A stretch of DNA of 56,493 nucleotides from an uncultured Elusimicrobia bacterium (GTDB taxonomy: Bacteria; Elusimicrobiota; Elusimicrobia; Elusimicrobiales; UBA9959), in NCBI GenBank assembly GCA_937870775.1, contig CALMZU010000257.1, positions 1-56,493 on the forward strand, in the 5' to 3' direction. The translations under genes and the position numbers were made by a program. Positions within the stretch are counted from its first letter, which is position 1, and every line of letters starts with the position of its first letter. This document shows, in pieces, positions 44,712 to 53,075 of the stretch. A model generated the notes under the pieces. That model searched no databases. It was not told where the DNA came from and saw only the letters and a list, made by a program, of their open reading frames with translations.

Positions 44712-45320
44712 TTACTTCTTGCGGTGTTCGAGCACCGCGTCGATGATGCCGTACTCCCTGGCCTGCTCGGCGGAAAGGTACATGTTCCTTTCCATGTCCG
44801 CGCGGACCTTCTCGGCGCTCTTGCCGGTATGCTTCGCCATGATCTCGATGAGGCGGGTCTTGTTCTCCTGCATTTCCCTGCTCTCGATCTCGATGTCGGT
44901 GGCCTGTCCGGAGATGCCGCCCCCGTAAATGAGGGGCTGGTGTATCATGATGCGGGCGTTCGGCAGCGCGTAGCGCTTGCCCTTCGAGCCGGCCGCCAGG
45001 ATCACGGCGCCGAAGCTCATCGCCATGCCCATGCAGATCGTGGAGATCGGGGCCTTTATGAACTGCATCGTATCGTACATCGCGAGGCCGGCCGTCACCA
45101 TGCCGCCGGGGGAGTTGATGTAGAGGTTGATCTCCTTCTCCGGGTCCTCGGCGTCGAGGTACAGCAGCTGCGCGATGACGTTGTTCGCGGAGGCGGTGGA
45201 CACCGCGCCCTCGGGATCGCCTATGAAGATGATGCGGTCCTTGAGCAGGCGGGAGTATATGTCATAGCCCACCATCGCGCCCGCGCCCTTCCAGGTCTCT
45301 ATGATCGTTGGGATTATCAT
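44712..45320 (-). CDS. clpP: ATP-dependent Clp protease proteolytic subunit with Asn at the catalytic Asp position
   Basis: 202 aa with Ser in 'GMAMSFGA' and His in 'IMIHQP'. The triad Asp position ('TERD' in E. coli) reads 'MERN' (AAC at 44784-44786). The SD GGAGG is present. Confidence 0.9.
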   Translation of the reverse strand: MIIPTIIETWKGAGAMVGYDIYSRLLKDRIIFIGDPEGAVSTASANNVIAQLLYLDAEDPEKEINLYINSPGGMVTAGLAMYDTMQFIKAPISTICMGMAMSFGAVILAAGSKGKRYALPNARIMIHQPLIYGGGISGQATDIEIESREMQENKTRLIEIMAKHTGKSAEKVRADMERNMYLSAEQAREYGIIDAVLEHRKK

Positions 45321-45348
45321 GTTTCCTCCGTTGCGGTAAGGCCCGGCG

Positions 45349-46614
45349 TCAGGCCTTCTCTTCCTTTATGACCGCGCGGTCCTTCACCAGGGACATCGTC
45401 TTGCTCTCCACCATCGACGCGCGGATGTACTCCTTGCGCTTCTCGAAGAGCTCGCGGCCCTTCTTCTTCTCGTCCTCGGTGTTCAGGCGGGCCATGACCT
45501 TCTCGAGCTCGGCCTCGAGCTCGGCGTCGGTGGCCTCCACCTTCTCCTTCTTCGCGATGTGGTGCAGGATGTAGGTAAGGGACAGGTTGCGCTCGGCGAC
45601 CGGCTTCAGGCGCTCGAGCATGGACTCGTCGGGGAGGTGCTGCTCCATCGGCGCGCGCTTCTTGAACAGTTCCAGCAGTTCCTGCGCCTCCTCCTTCACG
45701 AGGGTGGGGGGCAGGGTCATCGGGTTGCTCTTGAGCAGCGCGTCCTCTATCTGGCTGAGCATGTCCTTCTCGGTCTTCTCGGAGGACCCCTGCTCGAGCA
45801 GCTTCTTCACGTTGCCCTTCAGTTCCTCGACGGTCTTAACGCCGGCTTCCTTGAGGAAGTTCTCGTCCAGGGCGGGCACGACCTTCTTCTTGATCTCGGT
45901 CACGGTGACCTTGAAATGCATCTTCTTGTCGCCGAACGGGGCGTCGAACTCGCGGCTCTCGCCCTTCTTCGCGCCTACGACCGCGTCGGCCAGGCCGGCG
46001 ATGGTCTGCGGGCTGGACAGGTCGACGATCTCGCCCTTCACGGAGCCGTCCTTCACGGGAGCGCCGTTCTCGAAGGTGTCGTAGTCGACGATCACGAAGT
46101 GGTCCTTGGCGGCGGCTTCGTTCTCGTCGGCGGGCTTCAGGTAGGCGTTGTACTCGCGGACCTGGTTGATGTACTTGTCCACCTCGGCGTCGGTCACCAC
46201 GTGCACCTTGCGGGTCGCGGCGATCTTCTCGTAGCCCTTGGGCTCGATGGTGGGGGAGCACTCGAACTGTATCTCGAAATAGAGGGACTTGCCGGCGTCG
46301 TACTTAACGTCCTTCAGGAGCGGGGAGACGACGGGGTTGAGCTGGGAGCCCTTGAGTATCTCGGGGAGCGCCGCCTTGGCGGCGATGTCGAGGACCTCGT
46401 CCTTCACCATCGAAGGGAACTGGTCCTTTATCATCGCCAGCGGCACCTTGCCGACGCGGAAGCCGGGGAGGCTGACCACGCTCTGCAGGTGGACGAGGGC
46501 CTCCTGGGAGGCCTCGCCTAGGGCCTTGGCGTCGAGGTTCACAGAGAACACGTGGACGCAGCCTTCCTGCTTTATCTTCTTTATCTTGTCGCCGAAACCT
46601 AACGTTATGTTCAT
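45349..46614 (-). CDS. tig: Trigger factor
   Basis: ATG 46614 follows the SD 'ggaggg'. The protein is 421 aa, contains the ribosome-binding 'GFRVGKVP' motif, and lies upstream of clpP. Confidence 0.9.
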   Translation of the reverse strand: MNITLGFGDKIKKIKQEGCVHVFSVNLDAKALGEASQEALVHLQSVVSLPGFRVGKVPLAMIKDQFPSMVKDEVLDIAAKAALPEILKGSQLNPVVSPLLKDVKYDAGKSLYFEIQFECSPTIEPKGYEKIAATRKVHVVTDAEVDKYINQVREYNAYLKPADENEAAAKDHFVIVDYDTFENGAPVKDGSVKGEIVDLSSPQTIAGLADAVVGAKKGESREFDAPFGDKKMHFKVTVTEIKKKVVPALDENFLKEAGVKTVEELKGNVKKLLEQGSSEKTEKDMLSQIEDALLKSNPMTLPPTLVKEEAQELLELFKKRAPMEQHLPDESMLERLKPVAERNLSLTYILHHIAKKEKVEATDAELEAELEKVMARLNTEDEKKKGRELFEKRKEYIRASMVESKTMSLVKDRAVIKEEKA

Positions 46615-46648
46615 GATCCCTCCGATGCAGTGTGATCCGTGCGCCCGC

Positions 46649-46734
46649 TGGTGCCGGGACGGGGACTTGAACCCCGACGGGTGTGAACCCACATGGTCCT
46701 AAGCCATGCGCGTCTGCCATTCCGCCATCCCGGC
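46649..46734 (-). tRNA. tRNA-Leu (anticodon TAG), type II with a long variable arm and encoded CCA
   Basis: Hand-folded. Acceptor GCCGGGA/TCCCGGC, anticodon stem CATGG/CCATG with loop CTTAGGA, variable arm GGGT-TCAC-ACCC, T-arm CGGGG-TTCAAGT-CCCCG. Total 86 nt. Confidence 0.9.
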
Positions 46735-46768
46735 CCTTGCCGGCCGCGCCGCTCCCGGGAACCGGGCC

Positions 46769-46847
46769 AAAAAAAAAGAGTAATGAGTTCTGAGTATTCC
46801 GGGGAGGTCTCGCCTCCGCCCTTTTACTCGCCGACTACTCATTACTC
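46769..46847 (-). terminator. Long imperfect hairpin followed by U9 between tRNA-Lys and tRNA-Leu
   Basis: On the minus strand, gagtaatgagt (46847-46837) pairs with actcattactc (46788-46778), enclosing inner gagta/tactc and ggagg/cctcc helices. T9 follows (46777-46769). Confidence 0.6.
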
Positions 46848-46863
46848 CGAGTCTCTTTAAATC

Positions 46864-46938
46864 TGGTGGGCCATACGGGATTCGAACCTGTAACCTTGCG
46901 CTTAAGAGGCGCCTGCTCTACCGTTGAGCTAATGGCCC
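46864..46938 (-). tRNA. tRNA-Lys (anticodon CTT) with encoded CCA
   Basis: Hand-folded. Acceptor GGGCCAT/ATGGCCC, D-arm GCTC-AACGGTA-GAGC, anticodon loop CTCTTAA, T-loop TTCGAAT. There are two non-WC pairs (27:43 G-A, 51:63 A-C). Total 75 nt. Confidence 0.8.
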
Positions 46939-46946
46939 GTGAGAAT

Positions 46947-46974
46947 ATTATACATAAACCGCGCGGGATTTCAA
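46947..46974 (-). promoter_or_regulatory. Sigma70-type promoter of tRNA-Lys (TTGAAA-N16-TGTATAAT)
   Basis: On the minus strand the -35 TTGAAA is at 46974-46969 and the -10 TATAAT at 46952-46947, preceded by TG. The -10 ends 8 nt before the tRNA 5' end. Confidence 0.6.
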
Positions 46975-47082
46975 AATATTTTTTGATTTCACGTCGGAGA
47001 GAACGCGGTTTGACAGGCCGCGCGCGGCGGACGTTCCGGCGCGCGGGAGGGCCCGCGCGCGCTTCCATTCGTCGCGCAGAAT

Positions 47083-47091
47083 TGCTAGATT
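47083..47091 (+). promoter_or_regulatory. Extended -10 box TGcTAGATT 7 nt upstream of ATG 47099 (candidate leaderless promoter)
   Basis: 'atTGcTAGATTtatctccATG'. Confidence 0.45.
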
Positions 47092-47098
47092 TATCTCC

Positions 47099-49144
47099 AT
47101 GACAAAGTGCATAACGGCGCTGCTGCTGCTCACGCTGGCCGCGTTCCCGGCCGCCTCCGCCGCGCAGGAGGACCTCCATAAGATCTACTCCGACGCCGCC
47201 GCCCAGTGGCTCGACGGGCGCCCCGAGGACGCCGCGGGCGCGCTGAAGTACGTGGTATACCGCTCCTCCGACCAGGCGCTGACAGACGCGGCGGTCCGCG
47301 ACCTCGCGGCGCTGCTGGCCGAATCCGGCAGGAACGCCGAGGCGCTCGCTTACCTTATTAAAGGGGAGATGCTGGACCCCTCGGATTTCTACATGCAGTT
47401 CGAGAAGGGCTGGAACCTGCTGGGCCTGGAGAAGTACCAGGACGCGCGGGCGGCCTTCGAGAAGGCGCTGACGCTCACGGCGGACCAGGACCTCTCCAGC
47501 CAGGCGAGGCTGGGCCTGGCCCTCGCGGAGCGGAAGCTCGGCGGTCCAGAGACCTCGATGGAGCAGTTGCGGTCCATCTACACCCGCTACCCCTACCTGC
47601 TGTCCCCGTCGGCGCAGCTCATCAGCGGCGAACTGGAGAAGCTGAAGAAGCGCCCGCACGCCGTCAATTTCATAAAGGAAGCGCTGGGCTACGATCCCCG
47701 CAACATACAGGCGGAGATAGAACTGGCGCGCCTGTACGAGGAATCCGATTTCTACGTGCCGGCCTGGCAGACCTACTATACGCTCAGCGACCTGGACCCG
47801 GGCGAGAAGTTCTTCGCGTCCAAAGAGGAGAAGCTGCGCAAGTACGTGAACGGCAAGATCGACAACCTGCTGTACTGGGCGAGGATGGCCTGGCCGTCCC
47901 ATACGTCGGCCTCGGGGACCTCGGACCCTCAGAAGGTAAAGGTGGGGCTCTACGCCGACAAGACGGGCGTGCCGTCGCTGGTGAAGAGCTTCAATTTCAT
48001 CTGCTCCTCGGATTTCACCATCATCGACACCCGTCTCGGCATGATAGCTTCGGGGCCCGCGAACTCCCAGTGGACGGTCTCCTACGACGAGATGAACCGG
48101 CTTTACCAGATACGCGACAGCGCAGGAGCCGCCGCCCATACCACGAACAACAGCGTGCGCATAGTCCCGAAGAAGCGGGACGGCGTCATCCTTATTAAGA
48201 ACCCGGAGCTGCCAGGCGCCCACGGCGTGAACAGGGGGGACAAGGAGATCGGCGGCGAACTGCTCGCCCTCATACGCGAGAAAGGCGTCTGGCTTATCAA
48301 CGAGACCACCGTCGAGACCATGGTCCCTCCGGTCACGGCCTCGCTTTCGGCCGGCTCAAGGCTGCCCGAGCACCTGAAGGCCGTGTCCGTCGCGGTGCGC
48401 ACCCGCCTCGGCCGCCTCGCCCGGCTGTCGCCGCACGAGAGCCGCGAATACAACCTGTGCGATTCGGCCCACTGCGCGTCCTACCCGGGCCTGCAGGTCG
48501 AAAGCGCCGCCGCGGCCTCGGCGGCCGCGGCCACCGCCGGAGAGGTACTGAGCGACGGCGGGACGCTGGCGCCCGCGGAGTTCCACACGGCCTGCGGCGG
48601 TTCCACAGCCTCCGGGGCGGACGACGGCGGGCGCCGTCCCGCTAAACTGACCCCTTTCAGCCTCTACGCCTGGACGCTGAAGGCCCCGCCCGACGGGCTC
48701 TTCTGCCTGTCCGATGACAAGACCGACAGCTCCGACGCCTACTGGACGCTGCTGCTCGAGCCGCGCTGGATAGAGTCGCGGCTGAACAGGGAGGGCAAGG
48801 TCGGCTACATCAGGTCCATAATACCTTTGGCCCGCGACGCCGACGGCAGGATCAGGTCGCTCAGGGTGGAAGGCACGGCCGGCACCGAGGTGCTGGAAGG
48901 CCAGTCAAAAATAGCCTGGGCGCTGGGCGCCGGAGCGCTGCGCTCCACGCTGTTCAGCATACGCCCGGTCTTCGAGGGCGGCAAGTACCCGGTGTTCTTC
49001 CTGCTGCGCGGCCTCGGCACCGGCGACGGCAAGGGCATGTGCCTGCTGGGCGCGCGCGGCATGGCCAAGGCCCGCGGCGCGAAGTACCGCGACATACTTA
49101 AACATTATTATCCCTTATATAAGCCGGGGAAACTGCGCCGATGA
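47099..49144 (+). CDS. Secreted TPR + SpoIID/LytB-domain protein
   Basis: 681 aa with signal peptide '...AAFPAASAAQ' and N-terminal TPR-like repeats. The C-terminal SpoIID-type blocks are 'LKAVSVAVRTRL', 'NLCDSAHCASYPG' and 'FHTACGGST'. Confidence 0.75.
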   Translation: MTKCITALLLLTLAAFPAASAAQEDLHKIYSDAAAQWLDGRPEDAAGALKYVVYRSSDQALTDAAVRDLAALLAESGRNAEALAYLIKGEMLDPSDFYMQFEKGWNLLGLEKYQDARAAFEKALTLTADQDLSSQARLGLALAERKLGGPETSMEQLRSIYTRYPYLLSPSAQLISGELEKLKKRPHAVNFIKEALGYDPRNIQAEIELARLYEESDFYVPAWQTYYTLSDLDPGEKFFASKEEKLRKYVNGKIDNLLYWARMAWPSHTSASGTSDPQKVKVGLYADKTGVPSLVKSFNFICSSDFTIIDTRLGMIASGPANSQWTVSYDEMNRLYQIRDSAGAAAHTTNNSVRIVPKKRDGVILIKNPELPGAHGVNRGDKEIGGELLALIREKGVWLINETTVETMVPPVTASLSAGSRLPEHLKAVSVAVRTRLGRLARLSPHESREYNLCDSAHCASYPGLQVESAAAASAAAATAGEVLSDGGTLAPAEFHTACGGSTASGADDGGRRPAKLTPFSLYAWTLKAPPDGLFCLSDDKTDSSDAYWTLLLEPRWIESRLNREGKVGYIRSIIPLARDADGRIRSLRVEGTAGTEVLEGQSKIAWALGAGALRSTLFSIRPVFEGGKYPVFFLLRGLGTGDGKGMCLLGARGMAKARGAKYRDILKHYYPLYKPGKLRR

Positions 49145-50283
49145 TAAAGGCCGCACACATCATAACCCGGCTGGATTTCGGCGGGGCGCAGGCCAACACG
49201 CTGCACACCGCGCGCACGCTTGACCGCTCCCGCTTCGAGGCCTCCATCATATGCGGGCACCTCGGCGACATCGACCACAGGGTGGACGACGCCAACATAA
49301 TCCGCGCGGAACACCTGGTCAGGCAGATCAGCCCTCTCGAGGACCTGCGCGCCTTCTTCGAGCTGCGCGCGAAGCTCGGGGAGATGAAGCCGCAGATAGT
49401 CCATACCCACTCCTCGAAGGCCGGCATACTGGGCCGCCTGGCGGCCTGGTCCGCCGGCGTGCCGGTGATAATCCACACCTTCCACGGCTTCGGCTTCCAC
49501 CCGAGGCAGGGTTTCCTTAAAAGGAACTTCTATATAGCCCTCGAGAAATTCTGCGCCCGTTTTTCCGACGCGCTGGTCTTCGTCTCGAAGGCGAACATGG
49601 AGACCGCCAGGGAACTGGGCATAGGCGATCCGGCGAAGTACGTCCTGATACGCAGCGGCATAGCCCTTGGCGCCTACCCGGCGAAGACCGACCGGGAACT
49701 GAAGAGGGCCGAACTGGGCCTGTCGGCTTCGCATACCGTCGTGACCTGCATCGGCAACGCCAAGCCGCAGAAGAACCCCGGCCATTTCCTCGAGGCCGCG
49801 GCGCGGCTTTCAAAGACCCGCCCGTCGGCACGCTTCGTCTTCGTCGGCGGGGGGGAGGAACTGGAGAACCTCCGGGCCGCGGCCCGGGCGCGCGGCCTGG
49901 AGCGCGTCTGCATCTTCACCGGCTGGCGCGAGGACACGGCCGAACTGCTCGCGGCCTCCGACGTGTTCGCGCTGACCTCTTACTGGGAGGGGCTGCCCCG
50001 CGCCCTCGTCGAGGCCCTCAGGACCGGCCTGCCCGCCGTCTGCTACGCCACCGACGGGGTTACCGACATATTAAAGGAAGGCGTCAACGGCTTCCCGGTG
50101 AAGCAGGGGGACCTGGACGCCTTCTGCGGCGCCCTTGGCAAGGTCCTCGACGACGGCGCGCTGCGCGCCAGGCTGGCCGCCGGGGCATCGGGCACGGACC
50201 TGGCGGAATTCGACATCGATTTCATGGTGCGCCGGCAGGAGGAGCTCTATTCCTCGCTGCTGCGGGAGAAAGGGATCATATGA
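49141..50283 (+). CDS. GT-B glycosyltransferase (family 4-like), paralogue of 14461..15645
   Basis: 380 aa with 'HIITRLDFGGAQ', 'HTHSSKAGILGR' and 'WEGLPRALVEALRTGLP'. The start overlaps the upstream stop (ATGA). Confidence 0.8.
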   Translation: MIKAAHIITRLDFGGAQANTLHTARTLDRSRFEASIICGHLGDIDHRVDDANIIRAEHLVRQISPLEDLRAFFELRAKLGEMKPQIVHTHSSKAGILGRLAAWSAGVPVIIHTFHGFGFHPRQGFLKRNFYIALEKFCARFSDALVFVSKANMETARELGIGDPAKYVLIRSGIALGAYPAKTDRELKRAELGLSASHTVVTCIGNAKPQKNPGHFLEAAARLSKTRPSARFVFVGGGEELENLRAAARARGLERVCIFTGWREDTAELLAASDVFALTSYWEGLPRALVEALRTGLPAVCYATDGVTDILKEGVNGFPVKQGDLDAFCGALGKVLDDGALRARLAAGASGTDLAEFDIDFMVRRQEELYSSLLREKGII

Positions 50284-51227
50284 AACCAGTAATCTCGGCG
50301 GTAATACCGGTATACAACGAAAGCGAGAGCCTGCCGGGCTTCGGCGCGGAACTGGCCGCCGCGCTGGACTCGATGAAGCTGCCGCACGAGATCATCTGGG
50401 TCGACGACGGCAGCCGCGATGGTTCATTCGATATACTGAAGGGCTTCTCGGCGAAGCCGGGCCAGAAGGCGCTGAGGCTGTCCAAGAACTACGGCCAGAC
50501 CGCCGCGCTCGCGGCCGGCATAGCCGAGGCCCGGGGGGAATGGATAGTCACGCTGGACGCCGACGGGCAGAACGACCCCGAGGACATCCCGCGCCTTTTC
50601 GCGGCCGCGGCCTCCGGCGTGGACGTCGTCAGCGGCTGGCGCCGCAGCAGGCAGGACGCCTTCTTCTCCAGGATACTCCCGTCTATGACGGCCAACGCCA
50701 TAATCTCGGCGGTCACCGGCGTGAAACTGCACGATTTCGGCTGCACGCTCAAGATCTACCGCGCGGAGCTGATAAAGTCCGCGGACCTGTACGGCGAGAT
50801 GCACCGCTTCCTCCCGGCGATACTGGGCTACGCCGGCGCCAGGGTGACCGAACTGGAGGTGCACCACCGCCCCCGCACGAAAGGACGCTCGAAATACGGC
50901 ATAGCCCGCACTTTCAAGGTGGTGCTGGACCTGCTGACGGTCAAGTTCATGGGGGAATTCATCACGAAGCCCATCTACCTGTTCGGCGGGATCAGTTTCG
51001 CGATGCTCGGCGCCGCCGCGCTGATGGCGGCGTACACGCTCTACAACAAGTTCGCGAACGGCGTCTTCGTTAAGGACCAGCCGCTGTTCCTCGTCGCTAT
51101 CTTCTTCGCCATAGTGGCGGTGCAGTTCGCCTTCATGGGGCTGATGGCGGAGGTGCTCATACGCACCTACCACAGCGCCAACCGGCGGCCGCCGTACTCG
51201 GTGGCAGAAAGGGCCGGGACGGACTGA
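50280..51227 (+). CDS. GT2 polyprenol-phosphate glycosyltransferase (GtrB/ArnC/DPM1-like) with C-terminal TM helices
   Basis: 315 aa with 'SAVIPVYNESESL' and 'LDADGQNDPEDI' (DXD) and two C-terminal helices. The start overlaps the upstream stop. Confidence 0.8.
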   Translation: MKPVISAVIPVYNESESLPGFGAELAAALDSMKLPHEIIWVDDGSRDGSFDILKGFSAKPGQKALRLSKNYGQTAALAAGIAEARGEWIVTLDADGQNDPEDIPRLFAAAASGVDVVSGWRRSRQDAFFSRILPSMTANAIISAVTGVKLHDFGCTLKIYRAELIKSADLYGEMHRFLPAILGYAGARVTELEVHHRPRTKGRSKYGIARTFKVVLDLLTVKFMGEFITKPIYLFGGISFAMLGAAALMAAYTLYNKFANGVFVKDQPLFLVAIFFAIVAVQFAFMGLMAEVLIRTYHSANRRPPYSVAERAGTD

Positions 51228-51254
51228 CGGAACCTCCGGTCCGGGGCCGCGGGT

Positions 51255-51284
51255 TTGACTATGCGGCCGGATAGTTGATATCTT
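51255..51284 (+). promoter_or_regulatory. Sigma70-type promoter TTGACT-N18-(TGa)TATCTT, with the -10 ending 7 nt before ATG 51292
   Basis: The -35 is at 51255-51260, TG at 51276-51277 and the -10 at 51279-51284. There is no SD before yceD. Confidence 0.5.
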
Positions 51285-51291
51285 ATTATAA

Positions 51292-51786
51292 ATGCAGCAG
51301 AAAGACCCTTTCGTTTTCAGCTACGCCGAAATAAAGGCCGAAGGCGGCCGCCGCGCGGTCATCTCCCCGCAGCCCGCCGCTTTCGCCGACGCCTTCGAGA
51401 CCCCCGACGCCCTGAAAAAACTGGACGTGGAGCTGGACTTTTCCGTCGGCGGGGACTCCATACTGCTGGAGGGGAAAGTGAAGGCCGAACTCTCCCTCCA
51501 ATGCTCCCGCTGCGGCGATCCCGTGACCCGTTCTTTCGAGGACTCTTTTGACGAGGTATACCCGGATACGGTAGAATATATAGATACGCGCGAAGTTATA
51601 CGGGAGACGGCCGCCCTGCTCGCGCCTATAAAGGTCCTGTGCGCGGAGAACTGCAAGGGCCGCTGCCTCGTATGCGGCATCAACCGCAACCGGCAGACCT
51701 GTTCGTGCAAGCCGGACCATGCCAGCCCCTTCGAGGCGCTCAAAGGCCTGAAAGTGCGGCAGAACGACGACAAGAAGAAGCTTTGA
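51292..51786 (+). CDS. yceD: YceD/DUF177 family protein
   Basis: 164 aa with Cys pairs 'CSRCGD' and 'CLVCGINRN...CSC'. It lies directly upstream of rpmF, as is usual. Confidence 0.8.
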   Translation: MQQKDPFVFSYAEIKAEGGRRAVISPQPAAFADAFETPDALKKLDVELDFSVGGDSILLEGKVKAELSLQCSRCGDPVTRSFEDSFDEVYPDTVEYIDTREVIRETAALLAPIKVLCAENCKGRCLVCGINRNRQTCSCKPDHASPFEALKGLKVRQNDDKKKL

Positions 51787-51815
51787 CGTAAGAAGTCTAG
51801 TTAAGAGGTGCAACG

Positions 51816-52028
51816 ATGCCTAATCCTAAACGCAAACATACACCGTCCCGCAGGGACTCCCGCCGGGCCCAGAACTGGAAGCTCGAGGTGAAGTCGCTGT
51901 CCGCGTGCGGCCAGTGCGGAGCTCTCCGCCTGCCCCACCGCGTCTGCCCGTCCTGCGGCTCCTACAACGGCAAGATCGAAGTGGCCCAGAACGTCCAGAA
52001 GAACGAAGAAGGCAAGGACCAGAAATAA
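51816..52028 (+). CDS. rpmF: 50S ribosomal protein L32
   Basis: 70 aa. 'MPNPKRKHTPSRRDSRRA' and the zinc ribbon 'CGQCG...CPSCG' are present. Confidence 0.95.
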   Translation: MPNPKRKHTPSRRDSRRAQNWKLEVKSLSACGQCGALRLPHRVCPSCGSYNGKIEVAQNVQKNEEGKDQK

Positions 52029-52046
52029 GAACCCGCGGGAGCACAA

Positions 52047-53075
52047 ATGCGAATAGCGCTTGACGCTCACGGCGGGGACTTCGGGCTGAAGCCCAACATA
52101 GAGGGCGCGCTGCTCGCGGCCCGGAAGCTGCCCCACGAGATAATCCTCGTGGGCCGCGACCCGGAGATACGCGAGGAACTGCGCCGTCTGGGGGCCGAGA
52201 ACCCGGAGCGGATAAAGATCGTCCACGCCCCGCACGTGGTGGACATGGCCGCCGAGCCCGTCGAGGAGTGCCGCAAGAAGCCGGACTCCTCGATGATGGT
52301 CGCGGCCGGGCTCGTCCACGAGGGCAAGGCCGACGCCTTCATCTCTGCCGGCAACTCCGGCGCTGTGATGGTGGCCTCGCTGCTGAAGATGAAGCGCATC
52401 CCGGGCGTCATACGGCCGGCGATAGCCGCCCCGCTGCCGACGTTCAAGGGCACGACCGTGCTGCTGGACGCCGGCGCGAACATGGACTGCAAGCCCTGGC
52501 ACCTCGCGCAGTTCGCGGTGATGGGCTCCATCTACGTGAGTTCGCTGCTTAAGATAGAGAACCCCAGGGTGGGCCTCCTCTCGATAGGGGAGGAGGAATG
52601 CAAGGGCAACAACCTCGTACAGGAGACCCTTCCCCTGATAAAGAAGGTCGGCGTGAATTTCTGCGGCCCAGTAGAAGGCCGCGACATACCCGGCGGCGAG
52701 TACGACGTCGTGGTGGCCGACGGCTTCACGGGCAACGTGGCGCTGAAGCTCTACGAAGGCACCGCCAAGGTGGTCTTCAAGATGATCAAGGCCCAGATCA
52801 TGGCCAAGTTCACCTATAAGATCGCCGCGATGGTGATGCACAAGGCGTTCTCGAACCTCAAGCGCAAGATGAGCGTCGAGGAGTACGGCGGCGCCCCTCT
52901 GCTGGGCGTCAACGGCGTCGCGATGGTCTGCCACGGCCGCGTGACCTCCGGCGACATCTTCAGCGCGATACGCGTCAGCGCGGACCTGGCCGCCTCCGGC
53001 ATGGTGGGGCACATCAGGAAACAGATGGAACAGGTCAAGGAACATATTTCAGCCGCCAAGGAGCAGGAAGCATGA
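52047..53075 (+). CDS. plsX: Phosphate acyltransferase PlsX
   Basis: 342 aa. 'MRIALDAHGGDFG...' and 'GFTGNVALK' are typical of PlsX. Confidence 0.9.
   Translation: MRIALDAHGGDFGLKPNIEGALLAARKLPHEIILVGRDPEIREELRRLGAENPERIKIVHAPHVVDMAAEPVEECRKKPDSSMMVAAGLVHEGKADAFISAGNSGAVMVASLLKMKRIPGVIRPAIAAPLPTFKGTTVLLDAGANMDCKPWHLAQFAVMGSIYVSSLLKIENPRVGLLSIGEEECKGNNLVQETLPLIKKVGVNFCGPVEGRDIPGGEYDVVVADGFTGNVALKLYEGTAKVVFKMIKAQIMAKFTYKIAAMVMHKAFSNLKRKMSVEEYGGAPLLGVNGVAMVCHGRVTSGDIFSAIRVSADLAASGMVGHIRKQMEQVKEHISAAKEQEA

Noticed and set aside
46649-46938. The tRNA pair as an integration hotspot or genomic-island boundary.
   Set aside because: There is no integrase, no direct repeat of the tRNA 3' end, and no compositional break on either side. 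The flanking genes are core housekeeping (tig/clpP/lon and an envelope operon).
46866-47102. A 78-aa plus-strand ORF 'MGHTGFEPVTLRLRGACSTVELMARE...'.
   Set aside because: It is the characteristic antisense translation of a tRNA gene (tRNA-Lys, 46864-46938) and then runs through the divergent promoter region.
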